Assembly (NCBI GenBank): GCA_965220965.1
Contig: CBDCRI010000001.1
Location: 224,001 to 288,000, forward strand
Reading direction: 5' to 3'
DNA length: 64,000 nt
DNA from: Candidatus Marinacidobacterium sp.
GTDB lineage: Bacteria; Acidobacteriota; Vicinamibacteria; Marinacidobacterales; Marinacidobacteraceae
The notes under the pieces: model-generated
Database searches by the model: none
What the model saw: only the letters and a program-made list of their open reading frames with translations
Told to the model about the DNA's origin: nothing
Program-made: the position numbers and the translations under genes
Part shown: one piece after another, positions 55,397-63,205 of the stretch
Layout of the letters: every line of letters starts with the position of its first letter
How positions within the stretch are numbered: position 1 is the stretch's first letter

Positions 55397-55861
55397 TCAG
55401 GGACCGGCCTCAGGCCGCCCCTGCCCGTCCAGCAGGCCCTTGGCGTCGCAGTGCGGGCGCAGCTCGGACTCCTTCAGGAACGCGGCCGCGGCGAAGGCCA
55501 AGGCCGTGCCGCACCGCGCGTCCACCTGTCGGAGCAACTGCACGTCCTCGAACTGCGCGACGGCGCGGCACAGCTCAATGGTCCAGGCCTCGCACTCGAT
55601 GGGACCAATCTCCCTGCAGAAGGCCTCCTCGATGAATGCCGTGCCCCTCGGCACAGCGTCCTCGCCGTCCTGCGCCATGCCGTCGGCCATCTCCGCCAGC
55701 ATGCCCTGCAGGCCGCGCGAATTCGGGCAGGTGAATTCTAGGTCGCCGGCAGCGGTCTGGGCTCCCGCGTGCGCGGCCTGCGCCAGCAGCGCCAAGGCGG
55801 CCGCAAGGGCCGCGCCGCCGATTCGGGCGCGGAACCGCAGCCATTCCAGTTCGCCTTTCAT
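55397..55861 (-). CDS. Secreted six-cysteine helical protein, paralog of 53202-53657
   Basis: Same conserved blocks and six Cys as 53202-53657. Confidence 0.75.
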   Translation of the reverse strand: MKGELEWLRFRARIGGAALAAALALLAQAAHAGAQTAAGDLEFTCPNSRGLQGMLAEMADGMAQDGEDAVPRGTAFIEEAFCREIGPIECEAWTIELCRAVAQFEDVQLLRQVDARCGTALAFAAAAFLKESELRPHCDAKGLLDGQGRPEAGP

Positions 55862-56136
55862 GGACGGGAGATTGGTGGGTCTCCCCTCGGCTGTCAATGG
55901 GGGGGCGGCCCGGCCCATGCCGGCGCTGTCCGAACTCGACGCCTAGCGGCCCCGAGCGCTCGGGGCTCACCGCCGGCCGCGCTTGGGCCGGCCCTTGCCG
56001 CGGCGCTTGCGGCCGCGCTGCTCCGGCGGCCGCGCCGCCGCCTCGCGCACGGCCCGCTCCACCTCGGCGAACCGGTCATCCGGCTCGCCGCCGCTCATGG
56101 CATCGCTCCCAAGCGTGGGCTGCGGCGGCGTGCGCA

Positions 56137-56421
56137 TCAGGGGCTTGGCCCCGGCCGCGGCGAGCGGGCCGCCGCAGCCAGCCAAGCCTCCTCCGTGGGA
56201 GCCGTGATGGTCGCAACCGCGTTTTCGGCGGCGTATTGGACGCCTTCGGCAACGGTGTCGAACACCTCCAAGGAGATCATGTCCTGCGCCCGACCGGCCT
56301 CGGAGCTTTCGATGCGCAGGAACACCTCGCAGGCGCCGGTCTTGCCCAGCTCCTGCACGTCGATGCAGATCGTGTGCGTGGGGTCGCTCATGGTCCTCTC
56401 CGAAATGGGGTCGGACTCCAT
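56137..56421 (-). CDS. Small hypothetical protein
   Basis: Likely start 56391 (GAGAGG RBS); ends RPGPSP. Confidence 0.55.
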   Translation of the reverse strand: MESDPISERTMSDPTHTICIDVQELGKTGACEVFLRIESSEAGRAQDMISLEVFDTVAEGVQYAAENAVATITAPTEEAWLAAAARSPRPGPSP

Positions 56422-56487
56422 TATGGCATCCGGCGGGCCGCCGGCCCCCCGGAGGGCCCGGCGAAGGCGGTGCGGAGCCGGCGCCGC

Positions 56488-56712
56488 CTAGGAGGCCTTG
56501 GGGGATGCGGCCTGCTTGGCCGGGTTGATCCGGATGTGCTTGCGACCGCCCTCCTGGTAGCCGGACTGGCCGCGGGGGATCCGCTGCACGGAGCCGCCCG
56601 CCTTGAGGAAGCGCCGGGTGTCGGCGCGCAGGCGCTCGCGCGCCAGGTCTCGGCCCTCCTTGGAGGCGGTGGGGGGAAGCGCGTGGTAGCGCTCCAGCTT
56701 GCGTTGCGCCAT
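56488..56712 (-). CDS. SutA-like RNA-polymerase-binding domain protein
   Basis: SKEGRDLARERLRADTRRFLKAGGSVQRIPRGQSG matches the SutA-RBD pattern (L...M..FL..GG.V..I); GGGAG RBS. Confidence 0.7.
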   Translation of the reverse strand: MAQRKLERYHALPPTASKEGRDLARERLRADTRRFLKAGGSVQRIPRGQSGYQEGGRKHIRINPAKQAASPKAS

Positions 56713-56764
56713 GGTCAGGCTCCCGGCGTTGTCGTTGGTGTCCGCGGTCCCCGGGGGGCCGCTC

Positions 56765-57100
56765 TCAGTCCGCCGGCTTCGGCCCCGGATCGGGTCGTCC
56801 CGCCAGCATCGCGCGTATGCGCCTGTCCAGCCCCCCGGTGTACCCGCCGCGGCGCCGCACGGTGCGCTTCTGGCGGATCAGCGCGCAGAGCTGGCAGCGG
56901 CTGTTGTTGGCACGCTCCGGCTCCAGGGGCCGCTCGCAGTCGCGGCACAGGCCGCGGCGCTTGAGCTCCTGCCGGTAGGCCTGGTTCTCGGACTCGCCCT
57001 CCAGGACGTCGTAGTCCTCCACCCCCGGGTCCGGATCGCCCGACTCGTCCTTTCGGTCGCGCTGGGCCTCCCGCCGCAGGAATTCCGGTTCCATCAGCAA
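56765..57100 (-). CDS. Zinc-finger protein
   Basis: GLCRDC...RCQLC; GGAGG RBS; TGGTATAAT upstream. Confidence 0.7.
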   Translation of the reverse strand: MLMEPEFLRREAQRDRKDESGDPDPGVEDYDVLEGESENQAYRQELKRRGLCRDCERPLEPERANNSRCQLCALIRQKRTVRRRGGYTGGLDRRIRAMLAGRPDPGPKPAD

Positions 57101-57206
57101 CCTCCATGGGCGCCGCCGCCCTTTCTAACACAGATATTATACCATAGGCCGGCGCCGGGGCCTGCCGTGGCCTGCCGGGGCCGCGGCGGGGCTGCCCCCC
57201 GGCGCC

Positions 57207-57848
57207 TCAGGGCGAGGGCGAGGCGGCGGCCCTGCGCATGGCGTCGCTGACCGCGCGCCTGCGGCGCCGCTCGGACGGGGCCGCACGCTGAAGGGCCTCG
57301 CGCCCGGCCTGGTCGGGCGGACGCATCAGGGGTGCGGCCAGCCCCAGCGAGGCCTTGGCCCAGGCGTTGACCTCGTCGGGGTCGATGCCGCCCCGGCGCC
57401 TTTCGGCCACGAGCACGGCCTCGGCGACGGCGGCCTCGCCAATGAGCAGCGCATCGCGCGCCGCGGCTGCCGGGGACCGGGGCCGCGCCGCCCGCCCGGG
57501 CAGGCCGGCGGCGATCGAGCGCGCCCTCCATGCCTGCTCAAGCGTCAGGGCGGCCGCGCGGTACGCGCTGTCCGGGCGGGCCAGCTCGTCCTCGAGCCAC
57601 TGCCGCGCCGCCCTGCCGGCCGCCCTCACGCAGCGCTCCTTGGCGTCGTCGGCCATGCGTGCGGACTGCAAGGCCCTGGCGGCGACGCCCTCCTGGGCCG
57701 ACTGGACGCCTTTCAGCGCCTGGGCCATGGCGGTGGGCAGGATGACGAGGGGCTGGCCCGAGGCGAGCGCCGCCCCGTGCAGCAATTGGCGCGTGGCCGT
57801 CCGGGCCAGCAGCCGGCCATCGGGCGCCAAGGGCCGCACCGGCTTCAC
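57207..57848 (-). CDS. Degenerate PIN-like paralog of 27331-28275
   Basis: LAPDGRLL/VILPTA/RDALLIGEAAV/IDPDEVNAW align with VDANIL/VLPRV/GDRMVIAEASV/IDRRRVNAW. Confidence 0.65.
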   Translation of the reverse strand: MKPVRPLAPDGRLLARTATRQLLHGAALASGQPLVILPTAMAQALKGVQSAQEGVAARALQSARMADDAKERCVRAAGRAARQWLEDELARPDSAYRAAALTLEQAWRARSIAAGLPGRAARPRSPAAAARDALLIGEAAVAEAVLVAERRRGGIDPDEVNAWAKASLGLAAPLMRPPDQAGREALQRAAPSERRRRRAVSDAMRRAAASPSP

Positions 57849-58097
57849 CGTGCGGCCAATGCGCCTGCGGCGGCGCTTGCAGCGGGTTCGCTCAAGGCGG
57901 CTCCTTGCCGTCGGCCCCTTCCCCCGTGCCCATCATACAGCGGGAGGAGGCTCCGGGCGCAGGCAGCTGGCGCGGCGGCAGGCATGTGCGCTGGAGCCGG
58001 ATTCACGTAACATGCCCGCCCACGCCCGCCCAAGCTTAGCCCCGATGGGGGCTGGGCCTTGCGGCGGTTCGACAACTCTTGGTTGGGAGATGACGGG

Positions 58098-58454
58098 ATG
58101 GGCCGCTTCCTTTGCCTGTGCGCCTTGACGGCCGCCGCCGGGGCGGCGTTGAGTGATGGGGCGAGCCGTTGGGACTGCTACGGAAGCCGCGCCGAGAGGG
58201 ATGCGGGCGTCGGTGACGTGGTTGTGCTCGCCGTCCATCAAGGCGATGCCGGGGAGGTCACCGCAAACGGAATCACGTACGAAGCGGACGTTGATGTCCA
58301 TGGCTTCGACAGGCGCTGGTTCTTCGGACCGCCCCAGGAGGACGGCTCCCGGCCATTCGTGTTCGAGATCGACGCGGGAAGGCAAGGCGAGTACTATGAC
58401 TCCACATTCCTTTTTGCCGAGCCCTCATTGATCGTGCACTGCAGGAGCGGTTAG
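58098..58454 (+). CDS. Small secreted beta-rich protein
   Basis: N-terminal signal-like segment; W.C ... GFDRRWFFG ... C-terminal Cys. Confidence 0.65.
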   Translation: MGRFLCLCALTAAAGAALSDGASRWDCYGSRAERDAGVGDVVVLAVHQGDAGEVTANGITYEADVDVHGFDRRWFFGPPQEDGSRPFVFEIDAGRQGEYYDSTFLFAEPSLIVHCRSG

Positions 58455-58779
58455 CCGAGGTCCGGGAGGGTTTCAGCGGACGAGCGGCGCCGCCCCTCCG
58501 GACGCCGTCAAGGGCGGCAGCCCCGGTTGGGGCCGTCGGCAGCGGGCCGCAGAGATTCATGCCAACCGCATGGGCACGGCGCAACGCGGCCGGCTCGGGC
58601 GTCCGTGCGGGTTCAGAAACACGTCGGAGCCTGCGCTCGGCAAAGGAAGCGGCGCATTGCGCCCTCGAACCAACAACGAGCTTTCGGTTCGCCACGACCG
58701 CAAGGCCTTGCCAGTGTTTGATAGTGGAGCCCAGATGAGCCACAGTGTCAAAGACACCCGGCAAGCGGGGAAGCGCATC

Positions 58780-59040
58780 ATGGCCGCAAACGAGATTGTG
58801 CGCGCCCGTGTAGACGGGCGGCTTAAGGCGGAGGCCGCCACCATATTGGCCACCATGGGACTCACGATATCCGATTTTGTGCGCATCAGCCTAGCCAAGG
58901 TGGTGAGCGAGCACGGGCTGCCGTTTGACATGCGGGTGCCTAACCCACTGACCGCCGAAACCCTTGCGCGGAGCGAGCGCGGCGAGGATCTCCACCAAGC
59001 TGAAAGCGCCAAAGCCCTGTTTGGGGACTTGGGCATCTAG
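58780..59040 (+). CDS. dinJ: RelB/DinJ-family antitoxin
   Basis: IVRARVDGRLKAEAATILATMGLTISD..R..L..V..E.GLPF...VPN..T...L...GI. Confidence 0.9.
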   Translation: MAANEIVRARVDGRLKAEAATILATMGLTISDFVRISLAKVVSEHGLPFDMRVPNPLTAETLARSERGEDLHQAESAKALFGDLGI

Positions 59041-59110
59041 GTGCGCATCCCGACCGTCAGGGGCAATTCAAGCGTGATCTGAAAGCAGCCCAGAAGCGTG
59101 GCAAGGACAA
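59041..59110 (+). pseudogene. Truncated, frameshifted yafQ-like toxin remnant
   Basis: GTG directly after dinJ; SGQFKRDLKAAQKRGKD in a shifted frame, then similarity stops. Confidence 0.7.
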
Positions 59111-59307
59111 TGCCGCGCGGCGCGTGGCGCCGACGGTCCGGAACACGACCCGCAGCCCGTGCGATAGGCATCCAGCAGGCCCGCTTGAGCGTGCTAGGCG
59201 GTCCGGGGCTCCTAGCGCAGCAACGCGATTCGGGTTGGTTCCCAAGGCCCCCCAATTCGGGCGGAGGCAAATGAAACGGGGGGAAGCGGGGTGTCCGTCA
59301 GTGTGAG

Positions 59308-59337
59308 TTGACATTGGCCCGCGCCCTCGCTCATGAT
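59308..59337 (+). promoter_or_regulatory. Sigma70-type promoter upstream of the solitary CRISPR repeat
   Basis: TTGACA-N18-CATGAT; predicted transcription start about 59344. Confidence 0.6.
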
Positions 59338-59343
59338 CCCGAC

Positions 59344-59370
59344 GTCGCCTTGATCGGCGCGGATTGAAAC
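59344..59370 (+). CRISPR. Solitary shortened type I-C-like repeat
   Basis: GTCGCC-TTGATC-GGCG-CGGATTGAAAC (GTCGC start, hairpin, GGATTGAAAC end). Confidence 0.6.
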
Positions 59371-59534
59371 ATGCAGTTTGTCCCCAAGGACGAAGGCCTT
59401 GAGCCTGGCCCGGCGCCTCAACGGGCGCCGGGCCTCCATGCCGCATCCGCCCCTTCGAGCTCCGCCGCCAGCAAGGACGCCGCCAACGAGGCGTCCCGGC
59501 TGGCGAAGGCTGAGGCGCCCGCGCATGACGCAAT

Positions 59535-59621
59535 GCGTTCCCGCGACGCGGGATGACCCGAGCAACGTGCGCAGTACGGCAGTCGCGACGTAACGTTCCC
59601 CGCCTTGCGGGGATGCTTGGG
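59535..59621 (+). CRISPR. Degenerate type I-E-like repeat-spacer-repeat mini-array
   Basis: GCGTTCCCGCGACGCGGGATGACCCG, 32-nt spacer, ACGTTCCCCGCCTTGCGGGGATG. Confidence 0.6.
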
Positions 59622-59642
59622 CTTCGGCCCAAGGCGCGCGTC

Positions 59643-59798
59643 AAGCGCATCCCCGCATGGGCGGGGCCGTCATTCGGAATCAACGCACCATCGGCCCGAT
59701 AAAGGGCCCATCCCCGCATTCGGCGGGGAAGGCGCTTGCCTTGCGCGCTACCGCCTGCTTCACCTCGTGGGGTCCATCCCCGCCTGGGCGGGGCCATG
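59643..59798 (-). CRISPR. Degenerate type I-E-like mini-array (3 repeats, opposite orientation)
   Basis: ATCCCCGC-n-GCGGGG at 59649, 59710 and 59776; best copy reads CATGGCCCCGCCCAGGCGGGGATGGACCC on the minus strand; spacers about 32 and 36 nt. Confidence 0.65.
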
Positions 59799-60428
59799 CG
59801 GCAATGGCTGATGATAGCGGAGGCGGGGGCTCAGCGCACAAGGGACAGGCCGGCCCGGCGCCATTCCCTGACCCAGTCGATGTGGCGGGCCTCGCCCTCC
59901 TCCTTGGCCTCCCCGCACGGGAACGGGCACGGGGAGCCCGGGCCGGACCAGCTCCCGCACGAGCAGTGATGGCCGGTGTGGCGCCCGGCCAGCCGCCCGC
60001 CTTGGCCCGACGGCCTTCGCCAGCCGCCGCCCTCGGCGGCGAAGCGCCCCAGCGAGGTCGGGCTGCCGCTTGAGCCGTCCACGCCGGACCGAAGGACCGT
60101 CACCGTCCTCCGCTGCGCCGCACCGCTGCGCTTGACGGTCGTGGCGGGCATCAGACCTGTCATGGTCTCTCGCAAGCGCCTCCAACCCGCTGTTTTTCCG
60201 CTTTATTCCGTCGCCGATCCAAGCCGGGCGGCCCTGGAGAGGGGAGCGGCCGGCGCCTTGGAGGCGGCTGTGCAGGGGTGCGGGAGGGGCTGGCCAGGCC
60301 CGCGTTGCTAGAATCGCCGTGACGCCACCGAACAGGAAGCGCGCCAGTGCCGGGCGACCGACCTTCGGACCCTGCCAAGCGGCCGGCCCCCTCCGCGGGC
60401 CGGGCGCCGCGCTAGGCGCGCAAGGGCC

Positions 60429-61040
60429 ATGGCCAAGCTGACGACGAAAGCCGAGTTCCTCTACCAGGTCGACCTGCCCGACGGCGTGGACGCCGCCGTT
60501 GCCGCGGCGGCGATGGATGCGGTGATGAACGCGCCCGCCCGTTGGGAGGCGCCCTCCCGCGCGGATGCTCGGTTCCCGGACGCCTTCCCCATGGGCTGGC
60601 AGGGCGCGGGGGAGCATCCGCAACGGGTCCGCAAGGCCGCGGAGCCGCTGGCCCTGGCCCTGCTCGAAGCCGTTCGCGGCTTCGAAGGCGCGGTCCCGGC
60701 CGCGGCCGGGGGCGGCCCCCGCCCCCTCTCGCCGGGCGGCGCCAAGTTCAGGGACGGCGGCAAGCACGGTGCGCGCGGCGTGCTGGTGGGCGCCTTCGGC
60801 GCGGGCGACCCGGAGGCCGCGGCGGCTGTGACGTCCGCGGTCCTCAAGCACTTCGGCCTCGACCCGTTCTGGTTCGAGTGGCGGGAGCCGGAAGGCCAGC
60901 CGGCCCCGGCGCGGATGGGCGCCGCGGCCTGCAGCCCGGCCGGCGGGGAGGTCATTGACCTGTCGCCGGGAAGGCGGCCAGCCGCCGCCGGGGGCCGCCG
61001 CCAGCCGGAATCGAGCCGGCCCGGCCCGCCGCGGCCCTAG
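60429..61040 (+). CDS. Hypothetical protein (family of 8346-8996 and 10496-11155)
   Basis: GDPEAAAAVTSAVLKHF...WFEW...GAAAC; TGCTAGAAT upstream. Confidence 0.65.
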   Translation: MAKLTTKAEFLYQVDLPDGVDAAVAAAAMDAVMNAPARWEAPSRADARFPDAFPMGWQGAGEHPQRVRKAAEPLALALLEAVRGFEGAVPAAAGGGPRPLSPGGAKFRDGGKHGARGVLVGAFGAGDPEAAAAVTSAVLKHFGLDPFWFEWREPEGQPAPARMGAAACSPAGGEVIDLSPGRRPAAAGGRRQPESSRPGPPRP

Positions 61041-61195
61041 GACGGACGCCCCGCCATCGCCCGGACGCCCGTGGCGAAGCGCAAGCCCCGGCACCGCCAA
61101 GCCCCCCCTCCGGGGCGGGGGCGCGGGTCCGGCGCGGGCGCGAACTCCTACAATGAGGCCAAGCCCGCAGGTTCCGTCCACCGAGGAGATTCCCC

Positions 61196-62569
61196 ATGAC
61201 CGAGCACCTTGACGGCACGCCCGGCGTCCCCGGCGCGGCCTTCGCCGTGAGCGCGTCCGACGCGCTGGCCGCCGCTCGCCACCTTGCGGCCCCGGAGGGC
61301 CACGGCGGCCGCCCCGAGTGGGACATGGCCATGGCCGAGCGCCTCGCCGAGGAGGGCTTCCTGGCGCGGCTGCGGCGGGCGGCGGCGCCGGAGAGCGCGC
61401 AGCCCGTGTCGCCGCTGGCCGCGCTTTGGACGGAAAGGCTGCTGGGCGCGGCCCCGCGCTACCTGCGGGAGGACGGGCAATGGCTGGCGTCAACCGCGGG
61501 CGCCATGCTGCCGGCCAGCCGGCTCACCGGCAGCTTCAGCGATTCCTGGCGAATCCGCCGGGCGCGCGATGCCGCCTGGAACGCGGCGCGGGACGCCTTG
61601 GCCTGCGCCCTGCCGCTCCTGCCGCCGGAGGCTTGGCGGGGGCCGCCCGGGCTTGCGGAGGGCCTTGGCCCTGAGCCGGCGGTCGAGCCCCTGGACGGGA
61701 ACGCGCCCTGCGACCGCCTCTCCGGACGGCGCCTGCTGGGCATGATCGAGCGCTTGGGCAGGGACGCCGCCGCAGCTCGGATCGATGAGCGCTCCGAGCC
61801 GCTCCGGCCCGGTCCGGAGGCCGCCCGCAGGCTCGGGCTGATGGCCGATTGCGTGTCCCTTTCGGCGTTTGTCGAGCTGGAGGTGCGGTACGTTTGGGCG
61901 GGGCCCGTCCCGGGAGCGACGCGCCAGCGGGTCTTCAGGGAGGCCTTGGGCGGAGCGGTCCGGGCGCTGGGGGGCGAGGGGATCGGCGATGCGCTGGTCC
62001 GGTCCGCCATCGGCCTGGCGACGGTCCGCTTCCACGGCGGGCCAGCCGAGTCGGGGCGGCACCTGGCGCACGCCCATCGGGTCGAGGCGCTGGTGAACGT
62101 CCACGGCGGCACCCCGGAGCAACGGTGCGCCGCCCTGCTCCACCGCTTTCGCGACGCCGAGCCCCCGCCGGACCCAGAGATTGCCGACGGGCTCGCGGGG
62201 CTCAGCCTGAGCGGGCACTTCGGCCCGCAGGTGGCCGCCCTGGTCGAGGGGCTGTCGGAAAGGAGCCGGCCCGGCGACGGGGACCGGGCCGCCCGCCGGG
62301 CCATCGACCACGCCCATTGGGCGGACCAGCCGCCGATGGCGAAGGCGGTGCGCTGCGCGGACGTCGCCTGCCGCCTGACGGCCTTGCGCGATGGGGACGC
62401 GGACGCCGCGAGGCGCGGAATCGACGAGGCGCGCGCGCTGGTGCCGCGGCTCAGCGACGCAGTGCCCAAGTCGCTGTGGACCGCGGCCGAGGAGGCGCTG
62501 GCGGCGGCTGAGGCGCTTTTTCCGGAGGGGCCGGCGGCCGGCCTGCGTTCGAGCCCGCCCGCGCCCTGA
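61196..62569 (+). CDS. Protein with a C-terminal HD (SpoT/Mesh1-like hydrolase) domain, degenerate
   Basis: HLAHAHRV, AALLHR (vs LLHD), FGPQVAALVEGLS, AVRCAD; GAGGAG RBS. Confidence 0.7.
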   Translation: MTEHLDGTPGVPGAAFAVSASDALAAARHLAAPEGHGGRPEWDMAMAERLAEEGFLARLRRAAAPESAQPVSPLAALWTERLLGAAPRYLREDGQWLASTAGAMLPASRLTGSFSDSWRIRRARDAAWNAARDALACALPLLPPEAWRGPPGLAEGLGPEPAVEPLDGNAPCDRLSGRRLLGMIERLGRDAAAARIDERSEPLRPGPEAARRLGLMADCVSLSAFVELEVRYVWAGPVPGATRQRVFREALGGAVRALGGEGIGDALVRSAIGLATVRFHGGPAESGRHLAHAHRVEALVNVHGGTPEQRCAALLHRFRDAEPPPDPEIADGLAGLSLSGHFGPQVAALVEGLSERSRPGDGDRAARRAIDHAHWADQPPMAKAVRCADVACRLTALRDGDADAARRGIDEARALVPRLSDAVPKSLWTAAEEALAAAEALFPEGPAAGLRSSPPAP

Positions 62570-62587
62570 GCGCGGCCCCAGGCGGCC

Positions 62588-63145
62588 CTACGGGCCGATC
62601 GAGGCGCCGCGGGGCTTGGCCGCGGGGGGCAGCCGGGACGCCTCGCGCTCGGCCGAGAAGGGAAATCCCATGCGCGCCATCGCCCCCGCCATGGCGGCCA
62701 CCGCGCCGGCGGCGTGGTGGATGCTGTCCTCAAGCACGTTGGCGCCCAGCCAGTCCGCCCGCCAAAGGCCGCGCCAGGAGCCGTCGTCCTCCAGCTGGCG
62801 CGTGACCGCGATGATCGTGGGGCCGCCGAACTGCCTCCAGGGCCGGTCCCCGCGCCTGGCGGGCGTGATGTAGGCGTAGGCGTGGACGGTGCCCGCGGGG
62901 TTGCCGCGCCACTCGTGGCGCGGCACCGCGAGTCGCCTTCCCACCGCGTAGCCGCTCATGCCCTCGATCCGCGCCAGGTCGCCCACCCACCACGGCTCGC
63001 GCTCCCACATCTCGGCCTCGATGAGCTCGCCCGCGGTGATCTCCCCAGCTTTGCGGCGCGCGGCCGCCTCGGGGGCCCATCGGCCGGTGTCCCGAACGAG
63101 CAGGCCGTCGTCGAGGGCCGCCCCGATGTCGCCGTAGACCTTCAT
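62588..63145 (-). CDS. Hypothetical protein
   Basis: CCTATAAT upstream; GAGGGG RBS. Confidence 0.65.
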   Translation of the reverse strand: MKVYGDIGAALDDGLLVRDTGRWAPEAAARRKAGEITAGELIEAEMWEREPWWVGDLARIEGMSGYAVGRRLAVPRHEWRGNPAGTVHAYAYITPARRGDRPWRQFGGPTIIAVTRQLEDDGSWRGLWRADWLGANVLEDSIHHAAGAVAAMAGAMARMGFPFSAEREASRLPPAAKPRGASIGP

Positions 63146-63205
63146 GGTGCCGTGCCCCCCTCAATTCGCGTGCCTGCCTTGCCGCCCTCGGGCGGCGCTC
63201 CCCGA

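Noticed and set aside
59234-59277. Possible additional CRISPR repeat ending AATGAAAC
   Set aside because: Only the end resembles a repeat; there is no convincing hairpin or second copy.
59831-60175. 114-aa ORF with HHCSC...CPFPC upstream of the minus-strand mini-array
   Set aside because: Could be a small metal-binding protein, but the evidence is too weak to list as a feature.
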